A stretch of DNA of 63,897 nt, counting the filler, from Stramenopiles sp. TOSAG23-2 (lineage: Eukaryota): assembly GCA_900128395.1 (NCBI GenBank). It is 4 parts of 4 records of this genome, joined end to end, with 100 filler letters (N's around TTAATTAATTAA, not from the genome) between each part and the next. Parts side by side here need not be neighbours in the genome. Positions count along the whole stretch, not along the records: positions 16,092 to 32,029 come from LT649691.1; 3 more parts are not named here. One strand, 5' to 3'. Positions 18,637-29,863 of the stretch are shown here, in pieces; within the stretch, counting starts at the first letter, position 1; the number at the start of each line of letters is the position of its first letter. The notes below the pieces were generated by a model that was not told where the DNA came from, ran no database searches, and worked only from the letters and a program-made list of their open reading frames with translations. The position numbers and the translations under genes were made by a program.

Positions 18637-21414
18637 ATGATTTTTTCAAAGCTATATGGCAAACATGGCTTTGTCGTTTCCGTAGCGACATTGTTATTAT
18701 TTTTTGTATTTATAATTGTATCAGGTGAGAGTAGAAATAGTAAACATAATAGTAGAATAAAGAAAGCACAAACGTTTTTAACAGATCAATTAAAGCTACG
18801 CGCGAGCAAGACTACACCACCTGAAAATGCACAAGCAAGTGCTAGCACTAGGATTCACAAATTATTAATGGCAAAAAAAAGTAAGACCAAAAGTAGCTTG
18901 CAAAATATCATGGAAAGGAAAACTCCAGGTGAACCAGTACTTGAGTTTATTCCAAAGAAAAAAAATAGAGAACAATTTACTCTAGCAAGTTCTGGTGGTG
19001 GAGGGCGTGCTTTCATCTCACTTTTAGCCGAAATTAGAGGATATGGAGGAATAAAGAAAGTGGCGGAAGACACGCATATGATAACTACTAATTCTGGTTC
19101 GTCTTGGGTATTGAATCGTTTGTTACTAGAAGGAACGGATGGTCCATTGAGTAGTAGTAGAAATCCAAAGGCACTTTACGAAGAGTTAGTGAACCAACTT
19201 GCCGGTAAATACGATGGAGAAAAATACGATGATGAAAGGGCTTTAGACCAAGAAGTGATTGAAAAAAGGCAAAATATTATAGATTATGTCGAATCGACAC
19301 TCAAGTTATTTACTCTGGCACCTCAATTTACAATGTATTTAAACTATTTCACATCAACTTTGTCTGGTAAAATACAGCCAGAGTGGCATGATTTTTGCAA
19401 AATTCGTGCTGTTTGTGACCGAAAAGGACAGCGTGGGCATGAGCACGAATGTTATGAGAAGGAACCTGCACAGCAGGAACGAATCAAGACCGTATGGCGG
19501 CAGCAAATTGCGCTTGATACATCTGGTTCATTTTTAAAGAAAAACAATCAATTATACCAGTACAATATTTTATGCGGAGATGCAAACGTAGACGAGACTC
19601 CAAATCAAATTCCGATGTATTTAAATGTTGATACGCGCGATTCAAATTCAAGAGCTAGTGATAAAGTCACTGTAGATATACCATATTTGAGCTTTAAACG
19701 TTGTGAATTGACCATAACGAGGATGACGAAGACAAAAAGGGAAACTGTTCAAGATATTTTTACAAATGTAGGTGTAGTCAAAAATGAACATATGGCTACT
19801 TGTACAATTAATGGATATGAAGAAAATTCAAATGCATTTCAACAAACAATTAAATTATCTGGTGCTTCAATAACGAATTCTTTACGAAAACATTACGAAA
19901 AGATTTGGAAAGAAAAACCTGGACGAATGTCAACCGCATCGGCAGCATTTGGTGCTATTTTAGGAAACCGTAAATTAATTGATGGCGTTATACTAAAAAT
20001 GTTACAAAAGAAAGGCAATGGAATATATCAATTGCCAAACCAAGATCATAGTTTTGAATATTTGATGATTGCTAAAAAAATTGTTATGGCAGCTTTCAAT
20101 GCATTTGGCACCATGGCACAGGAAGAATTTGATTTAAAACGCGCATTTTTGAATATTCCAAATCCACAAGTTGGTTATAATGCCAACGTTGATCTTTCTC
20201 GATTCGGAGTAGCGAAAGAACTTGAATTTGCCTTTGCATTGGCAGATGGTGCATATATCGACAATTTCGGCCTATCAAGCGCAGTTTATAATTTACAACG
20301 CTCGGAAATCGATAGTGAAATTGTTGTCATCAGTCATGCAAGCACGAATATAGAACCTATAGAAAATCGTGAACCAAACATGGATACCCCAGCGGAAAGA
20401 TTCGAAAAGAATTTTGCAACAACTAGACCTGAGGATGAAAATATAGTTGATGTTATTTTACCAGTAAGAAAGTGCAATGAAAATAAAACAAGTCAATATC
20501 GTGCTTGTGGATTTGCAACACAAATTTTCTCAGATAAATTTGAACGAGTAGTGCATGATGGGGAAGATAGTATTTTTGCAAAAAATAATTTTCGTACTTA
20601 CAAATTGACTACAAAAGAGAATAAATATTTTGGAATCAAAGCAGGTTCAAAATATACGGTTCACTTTTATAATCCAGTTCCAAAAGTTATGGAAAGTATT
20701 GGAATGCTTCCACCTAGTATGACCGCCATAGAAGATGCCAGGAAAAACGGAAAATGGACAAACGGTAAAAACTCGTATACATTTCCAGATGGTTTTGATG
20801 GTTATGATGGATTTATGTATCTTGCCCATTCTATTGAAAAGAAGGAGATGTTGAAGAAATTTTTGAAAGCTGATCATAGAGGCAAAAATAGCCATTTTAT
20901 GAGATTTCAGAGTAAAAAAGACGGGATCAATAATGATAATAATAATAAAAGATTAAAAGGCAGAAGCAAAATGAAGAAAGAGGAAACGATACAGCTTGTT
21001 AATAATATGAAGAACAGAAAACTTAATGCTGATACGATGCGATTTAAAGATATGTCAAGTACTATGAACCCTAATATGATGTGTGAGATAGTATGGAAAC
21101 TGGGATATAAGCTGATAAATGAAAATTTTTTGGGAAACTTTTCAAAGATGAAGAAAACGAAATTGGATGAAAGAATTACTAAGAAACATGATATAGGCGC
21201 TATATGCGAAGAGCAAACTCATCCAAAGGAGTATTACTCTAAATTGTGGGGAAGCATGTATGCAGAATTAATAAGACATTTACCGGTAGATGCGGAATTG
21301 CCATTCCCGGATAATCTCCCATTCCCACCTGCAATGATAAAGAAAATAATAGTATCATGTGCTGATTATCTTGGTGAAAAACTTGCAGGCATAGATCTGG
21401 ATTATTATACTTAA
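18637..21414 (+). CDS. Secreted/membrane-anchored patatin/cPLA2-like phospholipase
   Basis: N-terminal TM; oxyanion loop SGGGGRA, nucleophile elbow TNSGSSW, catalytic Asp motif LADGAYIDNFG. Confidence 0.7.
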   Translation: MIFSKLYGKHGFVVSVATLLLFFVFIIVSGESRNSKHNSRIKKAQTFLTDQLKLRASKTTPPENAQASASTRIHKLLMAKKSKTKSSLQNIMERKTPGEPVLEFIPKKKNREQFTLASSGGGGRAFISLLAEIRGYGGIKKVAEDTHMITTNSGSSWVLNRLLLEGTDGPLSSSRNPKALYEELVNQLAGKYDGEKYDDERALDQEVIEKRQNIIDYVESTLKLFTLAPQFTMYLNYFTSTLSGKIQPEWHDFCKIRAVCDRKGQRGHEHECYEKEPAQQERIKTVWRQQIALDTSGSFLKKNNQLYQYNILCGDANVDETPNQIPMYLNVDTRDSNSRASDKVTVDIPYLSFKRCELTITRMTKTKRETVQDIFTNVGVVKNEHMATCTINGYEENSNAFQQTIKLSGASITNSLRKHYEKIWKEKPGRMSTASAAFGAILGNRKLIDGVILKMLQKKGNGIYQLPNQDHSFEYLMIAKKIVMAAFNAFGTMAQEEFDLKRAFLNIPNPQVGYNANVDLSRFGVAKELEFAFALADGAYIDNFGLSSAVYNLQRSEIDSEIVVISHASTNIEPIENREPNMDTPAERFEKNFATTRPEDENIVDVILPVRKCNENKTSQYRACGFATQIFSDKFERVVHDGEDSIFAKNNFRTYKLTTKENKYFGIKAGSKYTVHFYNPVPKVMESIGMLPPSMTAIEDARKNGKWTNGKNSYTFPDGFDGYDGFMYLAHSIEKKEMLKKFLKADHRGKNSHFMRFQSKKDGINNDNNNKRLKGRSKMKKEETIQLVNNMKNRKLNADTMRFKDMSSTMNPNMMCEIVWKLGYKLINENFLGNFSKMKKTKLDERITKKHDIGAICEEQTHPKEYYSKLWGSMYAELIRHLPVDAELPFPDNLPFPPAMIKKIIVSCADYLGEKLAGIDLDYYT

Positions 21415-22037
21415 AGTTATATTATAATATAATATGCAGGAAGTGGATGAAATGGTACGATTTTGTGTATGTCTGTGAATGTGATATTTTATTTTACAGG
21501 ACACGGTAAAAAATTATTGTAGGTTTTATTTGTTGTATTTTTTTTATTTTCTTTGTATTTTTTTTATAAAATTATTGTGTGTTAAGTTTGCCTTTACCTT
21601 AATCTAGGTCATTACCTTTACCTATATCCTTATATAATATAATAGCACCTTAACCTTTTTGTGTGTGGAAGTCGCCATATGTTCTATCAGGAGAAGCCTA
21701 TTTTTTTCAAACTTTTATAGTTTTCACGATAGATCGTTAGCTTAGGCCTCTAATAATAGCACTACACAGCACTACATAAATCTTCAACCCCCGAGAACCC
21801 GAGTCTGTTGCGAGGCGAAAACCAGAAAACACAAAAAAACGAAAACAAAAGTAAAGATAGAAATAGGATAGGTATAAGAAAGACTCTCAATTTAGATTTT
21901 AACAAAGAAATCAAACGAATACACCCCGCCCCCTCATAATTTAATTTATTAATTTATTTCATTAAAAGATAAACAGAAGATTCGATATCGTTTCTATTAT
22001 TTTTGAAGTACTTACATACTGAATTCATTCGATAAAA

Positions 22038-23156
22038 ATGGAGGTTGTCCAATTTCCCAGAAATGCCAATCCGCAGCGGAATCAAAATGTTTTGGTACCG
22101 CCTTCGAATCTAAAATATAAATCATCGTGGATCAAATATCCGTACAGAAAATCTGCTATATTTAGGTTGTCGAAAAAAAAAGTATGTACGGATTTACAAG
22201 GGGGATCCGTATATTGCGATAATGTGGTTTTAAAAGGTTCGGTGGGGAAAATATATAATCAATTTAAGTTTTCCAATGGAAAAGCCTTTTCCAATTCCAA
22301 AACAAACGAAACTATGCCTCCCAACTCATATGAAGGTAATAAGTTCAGTATCATGCAATTTCCACCATATCCAAGACCACCACCTTTAAAAAAACAAAAA
22401 TCAATAGTGTCGAAGAACACAGAAATATACGTACAAGGTCTTACTGATGTGAAGAAGAAAAAGGAACGACCTTCTCAAACTATAAAGGTCATATCTCCTC
22501 CCAACGTTTTAAACGTGGTTCCCTCCCAACTTGTTCAGGTGTCGGAAACATCAAAACCATTGCGTAGAAAAAGGCGATTCAAAAATCCTGTTCATAATGA
22601 GCATTCTTATATTAATAAAGTTGCTAATTCGAATGAAGAATTTCGAATTTCATCAATTGCAACTAAAACGTTCAGCGTTGGTTCAGCCACGAAGCCATTG
22701 AAGAAGAAAAAAAACAAACAGAAAGACAAAAAAAAGAAGCAATATAACGGTGCTAGTAATATCATTTACAAATACAGCAATTGTGAAAAAGAAGAGTATA
22801 TAGAGGGGGAAATACAACATTACAACAAGCTGACTGCAACTCCTATTAAGTTTGAAACGTCATCAAAATCTGGTTGGAACGTTGTCGAAGACGATTGTAA
22901 ATCGTTATTTCTTGCTGCTCGTTCTGTTTTACTTCACAGCCAATTTGAAGATTTTGGACAAATTTTAAAGACATTTCAAACGCAAATAGAGTTAATGAAC
23001 GAAAACTATAAATCAAAAACATTCATTTGCTTGAAAACAAAAGAACAGTATATGAAAGAATTGATACAACGAACAATATTTTCAGTGTCTTGTTTATTGA
23101 AAGACGAACCGGATTTACTTTGTTTGTTTCATAGTGTTGTTGAAGGTACAAAATAA
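22038..23156 (+). CDS. Hypothetical basic protein, 372 aa
   Basis: Long ATG-initiated ORF, NLS-like Lys/Arg clusters, helical C-terminus; no family recognised. Confidence 0.7.
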   Translation: MEVVQFPRNANPQRNQNVLVPPSNLKYKSSWIKYPYRKSAIFRLSKKKVCTDLQGGSVYCDNVVLKGSVGKIYNQFKFSNGKAFSNSKTNETMPPNSYEGNKFSIMQFPPYPRPPPLKKQKSIVSKNTEIYVQGLTDVKKKKERPSQTIKVISPPNVLNVVPSQLVQVSETSKPLRRKRRFKNPVHNEHSYINKVANSNEEFRISSIATKTFSVGSATKPLKKKKNKQKDKKKKQYNGASNIIYKYSNCEKEEYIEGEIQHYNKLTATPIKFETSSKSGWNVVEDDCKSLFLAARSVLLHSQFEDFGQILKTFQTQIELMNENYKSKTFICLKTKEQYMKELIQRTIFSVSCLLKDEPDLLCLFHSVVEGTK

Positions 23157-24127
23157 AATTTTCTAAATTGTTAAAATCAGAAAGAACCTAATTACCTTTC
23201 CCACTTCGCTTTTTTGGCCACTTTAAGGTTTTAGTAAAATGGACAAAATGGACAAATATTTTAACATTAAATAGCACCGTTCAGCCGGAATCCAAAGAAA
23301 GGTGCAGGTAAAATGCATTTAATGGTTTTTATACATAATTCCATTCCGGTTATTTAATATCAGCTGAAAGTTATTTTTTCACGATAAAATATCAACTTCA
23401 AATTGGTTCAAATAACCTTTATACAGGCTTGCAAAAATTCCTCAAAATTGACCATTTGACGTTTTTTCTCATTCAGAATGTTCGTTTATTTGTTTTCACC
23501 TTCCTTTTTTTTTTGACAAAGTACATTATAGACTCACAATTAACATGAAACAATTACTAAAATAAAACTCATCAAACTTCACGTAGAATTATGGATTTTA
23601 ATATTTTAATTTGCAGCCCTAGGGGAGGCTTAAAATCCAATTGGAATTTGGAAGATCGGGAGGATTGAAATATGAATAGAGTTGGAAATTATTTTCATCA
23701 AAATTATACCATAGGAGATAAATGTTAAAGTTGTGAGCGATACAGATAGTCAGATAGTCAGATACAGTATAAACTTATAAACCTTTTGATAAAATAAAAC
23801 TACACACTATTGATTTTTTGTCCTCACAAATCTCATCATATTAGCAAAAAATATAAAAAAAAAAAATTATAAATAAATAAAGAATAGATAATGAAGCTTC
23901 ACACACCTTTTGTTCATGAGAAGAATTATTAGTAGTGGACGAAAAAGAACCAATTAATAGATAGATTAGAAGCTAGTAGAAATATTCACATATTTATATA
24001 TATACCCACATATATACGATTTGTAGTGTATACATATATATTTATATATATTTGTGATATATTTAATTTTATAAATAAATAATTTAAATTATTATTATTT
24101 TTTTTATAGATAAATTATTTGTTTTCT

Positions 24128-25294
24128 GTTATGATAAAAAATAATTTAAATAAAAAACCAAAAAATAGTAAAAAAAAGAACAAGAAAATTCGTAGTAAAA
24201 CTAATATACGAAATCGTAATATGAAAAAAAATGTTAAATATGTAAAAATTGAGAATGATGATAAAGAAGAAGATGTTATTAATAAAAATGATTCGAAAAA
24301 TAGTAATACGACTATAATTATAAATAATAATAATAATATGGTACAACCACAAACGGACAAAAGTAATAGCAATAACAACGATGCAAATACCGCCAACAAT
24401 CATTATAATTTTTATATTAATATTTGTATTGTATGTTTATCAATTATAACTATTGTAACGATATTGGCCGTATATTCGTTAAAAGATAGTAAATTGGATT
24501 CAACGACAGTAAATATTTTACATGTTTGGGCATATTCATGGATGACAGCTGTATGTACAGGACTTGGTGCCGTGCCATTTTTTATGATTGATAATGTAAA
24601 TGATTTTTGGTTAGGTATATGCAATGCATTAGCTGCTGGTATGATGATAGCGGCAAGTTTTGTGTTGGTATATGAAGGTGCAGCGGAAGGATTTGATGAG
24701 CAAGCGGATGAGGCAGTTCCATTTTACGTTACAATTATTAAATTACTTATTGGTTTTCTTCTTGGTGTTGGTTTTGTAAGAATTTGTCGTAAACGTTTAG
24801 TAGAATATGAAGATTTAAAAATGGGAAATTTGGATGGATTAGAAGCTCGTAAAATATTATTAGTTGTTGGTGTCATGACAATCCATTCATTATCGGAAGG
24901 TGTTGGCATTGGTGTTGCATTTAGTGGTCGTGCTGGATTACGTTTAGGTAGTGTAGTCAGCTCCTCGTTAGCCGTTCATAATATACCAGAAGGTTTAGCA
25001 GTTGCATTGGTGTTAGTACCAAAAGGTATTTCAGCAAAAGGTGCAGTTGTATGGAGTATATTTAGTAGTATTCCACAACCTGTCATGGCAATTCCAACAT
25101 ATTTATTTGTTGCACAATTTTTACATGTATTACCAATTGGACTTGGATTCGCTGCTGGTGCTATGATTGATGTAGCTGGTATGGAATTATTACCTGAAGC
25201 ATTGGAAATGATTAATAACGTATGGATAACAATTATTGTAACAATGATTGCAAGTGTATTAATGTTATGTAGTCAATTTTTCTTGAGTGGGTAG
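24128..25294 (+). CDS. ZIP-family (ZupT/GufA-type) metal transporter; start uncertain
   Basis: TGLGAVPF, AAGMMIAAS, MTIHSLSEGVGIG, VHNIPEGLAV, GFAAGAM, ELLPEA. Confidence 0.92.
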   Translation, partial: VMIKNNLNKKPKNSKKKNKKIRSKTNIRNRNMKKNVKYVKIENDDKEEDVINKNDSKNSNTTIIINNNNNMVQPQTDKSNSNNNDANTANNHYNFYINICIVCLSIITIVTILAVYSLKDSKLDSTTVNILHVWAYSWMTAVCTGLGAVPFFMIDNVNDFWLGICNALAAGMMIAASFVLVYEGAAEGFDEQADEAVPFYVTIIKLLIGFLLGVGFVRICRKRLVEYEDLKMGNLDGLEARKILLVVGVMTIHSLSEGVGIGVAFSGRAGLRLGSVVSSSLAVHNIPEGLAVALVLVPKGISAKGAVVWSIFSSIPQPVMAIPTYLFVAQFLHVLPIGLGFAAGAMIDVAGMELLPEALEMINNVWITIIVTMIASVLMLCSQFFLSG

Positions 25295-25609
25295 TATACA
25301 TGTATGTGTCGTCATTGACATTTTAATATATATATAATAATTGTACGCGTATTTTAATTTTTTATTTCTACTCACATATCACATTATGCTTATATATGAC
25401 AGTGTTCCTAGATACTCTCTCCAAAGAATTAATAAAGAAGTGTTTGAGTCAATATTAAAAAATCTCAAAATGTGCCAAATCTTAGAATTTTAATTTAAAA
25501 TAATATCTCTCTCCTCGCTACCTCATAAATATACTTTATATCACATTTTACAAAAACTGTATATATACATATATAAGCGTAATAACATACAGCGTAGTAT
25601 TAAACATGT

Positions 25610-26080
25610 TTAAAATGTCATCGTACCTATACCTTCTGTACCACCAACTGACATACCAGCACTACCACTTAATTCTCTTACTTGTTTTAATTTACGTTTT
25701 TTCTTTCCACCATTTGAAGAAGATGAAGAAGAAGATGATCCACCAACACGTGAACCTGTTTTATTACGACGTATGTAAATTTCTTTTGCTTTTAAATATT
25801 TAGAATGTAATTCTTTTGCAACTTCATTTGAAAATACACCATGTTCTATACACCATACTAATGCCATTACACTATCAGGATTTTCTTTATACAGTGTATC
25901 ATAAAATACATAATCACCTGAACCTGGACTTTCTGTTGGATATCTTTGTCCTTTTTTTTCCATCACTAATGTTAACGTACCATCATCATTTACAACAGTT
26001 TCTTTTGCCGTTCGTTTCTTTTTCTTGGCAGTTGTGGTGGTAGTGGTTGTTGTTGTCGTTTGTCCTTCTAATTTCACCAT
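25610..26080 (-). CDS. Small conserved-type eukaryotic hypothetical protein
   Basis: KKGQRYPT.SPG....VFYDTLYKENPDS.MA..WCIEHG globular core between low-complexity ends. Confidence 0.75.
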   Translation of the reverse strand: MVKLEGQTTTTTTTTTTAKKKKRTAKETVVNDDGTLTLVMEKKGQRYPTESPGSGDYVFYDTLYKENPDSVMALVWCIEHGVFSNEVAKELHSKYLKAKEIYIRRNKTGSRVGGSSSSSSSSNGGKKKRKLKQVRELSGSAGMSVGGTEGIGTMTF

Positions 26081-26343
26081 GTTTTATTGCTTTTTTTTTT
26101 GTTTCTATTTGTTGTTGTTGTTTGCTTCTTTCGGTTTTTGTGTTTCTTATTTGTATTTTTTTTGTTAATTTTTGTGATGAAAATCAAATATTCAAATTTT
26201 TTTGTTGTTGGTGGTTTTGGTTGTTTTTGGTTGTAGTGGTGTGTGGTGCTTCTTTTCGATTTCATCAATAGTGTGTCGTTTAATTTTTGTATGCTATTTA
26301 TATAGGGATATATTGTAGTTGGTAGTATATAAATAAATATATA

Positions 26344-28998
26344 TTACTTATAGGCTATCTCCATCCGTCTCACTCGTTGATACCCGTTTGATCCATCTCT
26401 TTTATATTGTTGTATAGCTTTTAATTGTGATTTCATATTATCACTAAGTTGATTATTATCTAGGTGCAAGTACTTTAATGTATTGTTTATTTTTAATCCA
26501 TCAATAATACTTTGTATTCCACTATCATCAGTAATATTATTATAATATAGGTTCAATATCATTAATGTGTTGTTTGTTTTTAATGCTTCACCAATACTTT
26601 GTACATCAGTAATATTATTATTACCTAGGTACAATATTGTTAATGTATTGTTTGTTTTTAATCCTTCACCAATACTTTGTACATGCAAGTACTTTAATGT
26701 ATTGTTTATTTTTAATCCATCAATAATACTTTGTATTCCACTATCATCAGTAATATTATTATAATATAGGTTCAATATCATTAATGTGTTGTTTGTTTTT
26801 AATGCTTCACCAATACTTTGTACATCAGTAATATTATTATTACATAGGGACAATGTCTTTAATGTATTGTTTCTTTTTAACAATTCACCAATAGCTAATG
26901 CATCCTCATCCGTGAGATTCTTTCCACTCAAATCCACTTTCGCCTTCCCCCCATCAAATTCTTTTTCCCATTTAATGTATGCAGCACTTTTCTTTGTCAC
27001 ATTTGCAACTTCTTCGTTTTGTAGAAATTTTTTCTCTCCTGAAGATCGCGATGCAACCCTTGGACTATGTGATTCATCGTCTAGTTTAACTTGTTTCTTG
27101 ATCGATTTCAACATATTCGTGGACTTTTTATTACTTTGACTCTTTATTTGATTAACATTTTCTACATCTTCTCCATTTTTTTTGATAGTATTATTATCAT
27201 CATCAACTTCTTCGTTTTGTAGAAATTTTTTCTCTCCTGAAGATCGCGATGCAACCCTTGGACTATGTGATTCATCGTCTAGTTTAACTTGTTTCTTGAT
27301 CGATTTCAACATATTCGTGGACTTTTTATTACTTTGACTCTTTATTTGATTAACATTTTCTACATCTTCTCCATTTTTTTTGATAGTATTATTATCATCA
27401 TCATTATTATTATTATTATTACCGTTTTCTCCCCCATCTTTATCTTGTTGTTGCATCATCGATATTGTTCCTCTCAAACTTTTGCTTAAATTCTCAAACG
27501 TTGGTCTTTCCTCTGTTTTTTGTGACCAACAACCTGTAATAAATAACTTTTCATTATCTTCCAGATTTATTATATCAGCAATAGGTGGACGTTCAGGTTC
27601 AGAATCTTCAAACATTAGCGCCTCCATGTGCATTGCCAAAATTTCATTTTCAGGTACGCCAGCAAATGCAATTTTACCAGAAAATAATTCCCAGCTCAAT
27701 ATCCCAAAACTGTAAACATCAGCTGCTTTTGAATAGTTTGCTCCACCCATGCGCTTCGATTTGAAAAGTTCTGGCGCTTTATATTGTATTGTCCCTCGTT
27801 CTCCTTTTGTTGACCCAGCAGACATTGTTTTAATTTTTGACAATCCAAAATCTGATATCCAAGGTACATCATCTTTACTAATTAAAATATTTTCAGGTTT
27901 TAGATCTAAATGTAATATGTTACGACTATGCAGCATTGCCATTCCATTGCATATGCCACATGCAAGATGGAATCGTTTTTCGTTTGACATAGTTGGCTCA
28001 TTGTCAAATAAATCTCTTAAATTTCCTTTTTCTGCAAATGCCAATATAAGCATAGGTGGATCTGAACATATGTTGAACATTTGTACAATATTTTCATGTC
28101 TACAAGAGCTTAATGTTTTGAATTCATTCTGAAGTAATAATTTTGCTTGTTCACTCTCTTTTTTGCTCGTATGTGCATGAAGTTTTTTAATAGCAACATT
28201 CATACCATATACAATACCTTTGTGTACATCTGCAAAAGCACCTCTGCCGATATAATCACGAATTTCAATTGAATTAGCGTCAATTTCCCATTTATTTTGC
28301 TCGCTCGTTATTTTTTCTAATTTCTTTTCCATTTCTTCTATTTTCATCTTGTTAGCTTCCAGACGCAATTTCTCTAAATTTTCTTCCCTGCGTTTCTTCT
28401 CAGCTACAAGACGAGCCTTTTCTATCTCATGTTCTTTGCGTTCAGCTTCAAGACGTGCCTTTTGTTTCTCCAGTTTATCACGTTCTCGTTTTTCCTCAAG
28501 AGTTACAACATTACCATTCTTTAAAAGGATTTTAGGCCTATCCTTTAAAATTGAGTCAACACTTGTTTTCCAAAGGAAAGGATTCACCCTAGAAATTTCG
28601 GTGAAATTTATTTTCCCTATACCTTTCAAGTAACCTTTATTGTTTGGGCAACGATTAATGATACTACCAATTTGTCCTTTTTGTTGTATATCAATAACCA
28701 CTTGTATTGGTTTGTGATATTCGACCGCCCATTCCAATTCTTTCACGCAAAATGGTCTAGTAAAGTATTCTGGGGACATTATAATTAATACAATTTCAGA
28801 AAGGATAATTCCTTCTTTCATTGCATCCTCGTCTCGCGCAACCATTTTTACATCCAACCAGCATGTTTTGCCGTGATCCCTTACCGAGTAAAAAATGTCA
28901 TTTGCAAAAAGGCCTGAATCGGCTTGAACATGTGATATAAAGTAATTCCATTTTCCAGGTTCGTTTAGTAAGGTACTTGTTGTTGTTAGTGATGCCAT
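26344..28998 (-). CDS. TIR - coiled coil - TKL-like protein kinase - LRR (RNI/NLRC3-like) protein
   Basis: TIR: YFISHVQ...CWLD...SPEYFTRPFCVKELEWA; kinase: IGRGAFADV, VAIK, HLDLKPEN, DFG, APE; LRR: LKTNNTLxxLxLxxNNITD repeats. Confidence 0.92.
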   Translation of the reverse strand: MASLTTTSTLLNEPGKWNYFISHVQADSGLFANDIFYSVRDHGKTCWLDVKMVARDEDAMKEGIILSEIVLIIMSPEYFTRPFCVKELEWAVEYHKPIQVVIDIQQKGQIGSIINRCPNNKGYLKGIGKINFTEISRVNPFLWKTSVDSILKDRPKILLKNGNVVTLEEKRERDKLEKQKARLEAERKEHEIEKARLVAEKKRREENLEKLRLEANKMKIEEMEKKLEKITSEQNKWEIDANSIEIRDYIGRGAFADVHKGIVYGMNVAIKKLHAHTSKKESEQAKLLLQNEFKTLSSCRHENIVQMFNICSDPPMLILAFAEKGNLRDLFDNEPTMSNEKRFHLACGICNGMAMLHSRNILHLDLKPENILISKDDVPWISDFGLSKIKTMSAGSTKGERGTIQYKAPELFKSKRMGGANYSKAADVYSFGILSWELFSGKIAFAGVPENEILAMHMEALMFEDSEPERPPIADIINLEDNEKLFITGCWSQKTEERPTFENLSKSLRGTISMMQQQDKDGGENGNNNNNNDDDNNTIKKNGEDVENVNQIKSQSNKKSTNMLKSIKKQVKLDDESHSPRVASRSSGEKKFLQNEEVDDDNNTIKKNGEDVENVNQIKSQSNKKSTNMLKSIKKQVKLDDESHSPRVASRSSGEKKFLQNEEVANVTKKSAAYIKWEKEFDGGKAKVDLSGKNLTDEDALAIGELLKRNNTLKTLSLCNNNITDVQSIGEALKTNNTLMILNLYYNNITDDSGIQSIIDGLKINNTLKYLHVQSIGEGLKTNNTLTILYLGNNNITDVQSIGEALKTNNTLMILNLYYNNITDDSGIQSIIDGLKINNTLKYLHLDNNQLSDNMKSQLKAIQQYKRDGSNGYQRVRRMEIAYK
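27006..27404. repeat. Exact 198-bp in-frame tandem duplication in the kinase-LRR linker
   Basis: DDDNNTIKKNGEDV...KKFLQNEEV appears twice; copies start at 27006 and 27204. Confidence 0.95.
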
Positions 28999-29071
28999 TC
29001 TTAAATTTACGTTTTTTAATATACTTTCGTGTGTATAGAGATAAATTATTTATTCAATATTAAAGATAACG

Positions 29072-29548
29072 TAGTATACTACAGAGATATCATTCCTATC
29101 AGAACAAAAATTTTGCGTTTCTTTTTCCTACATCCTACATCCCTGATAAGTTAAAGTTGCTATACTACAGACAGGTGAAACAAGTTAAAGTATAGTTTAC
29201 CTGGTTTACCTATCTTAATCTATTACGTATTATATTATTTTCTTGTTTATATTTAAAATATTTAAAAAAATATTTTTTAATAATACACACACAAATGAAA
29301 AAAACCAAATAATACATATTTAGTATACTACAGAGATATCATTCCTATCAGAACAAAAATTTTGCGTTTCTTTTTCCTGATAAAAGTTAAAGTTGCTACA
29401 GACGACTGGCAGACGACAGGTGAAACAAGTTAAAGTATTATAATTATTTAGTTTACGTATTATTATTATTTTCTTGTTTATATTTAAAATATTTAAAAAA
29501 ATATTTTTTAATAATACACACACAAATGAAAAAAACCAAATAATACAT
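29072..29548. repeat. Imperfect ~250-bp tandem duplication upstream of the TIR-kinase-LRR gene
   Basis: TAGTATACTACAGAGATATCATTCCTATCAGAACAAAAATTTTGCG at 29072 and 29321; ...CACACACAAATGAAAAAAACCAAATAATACATA ends both copies; indels differ. Confidence 0.88.
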
Positions 29549-29863
29549 AACAGGATACATCTTATTTAAACAAAATCTACAAACCCCACCAGACATATAT
29601 TCTTATATTCAAGAGATAGAGACGTGGGGAAATCATTTACAGTAATGTTGTTCTTATGTTGTAATATATCATCATCATCCATATTAATAATAAAAAATGA
29701 TCTGAGAAATTTTGGCTACATGTGCGCGTGTGCGTGTGAAATATATCTGTGTGATTTAAATGACTTGATATATATATATATATATATCATTATCATTACT
29801 AGATCAATTAAGAAAACGATCCAAAAAACGAAATCAATCAAAATCAGTTATCATTAAAAATCA

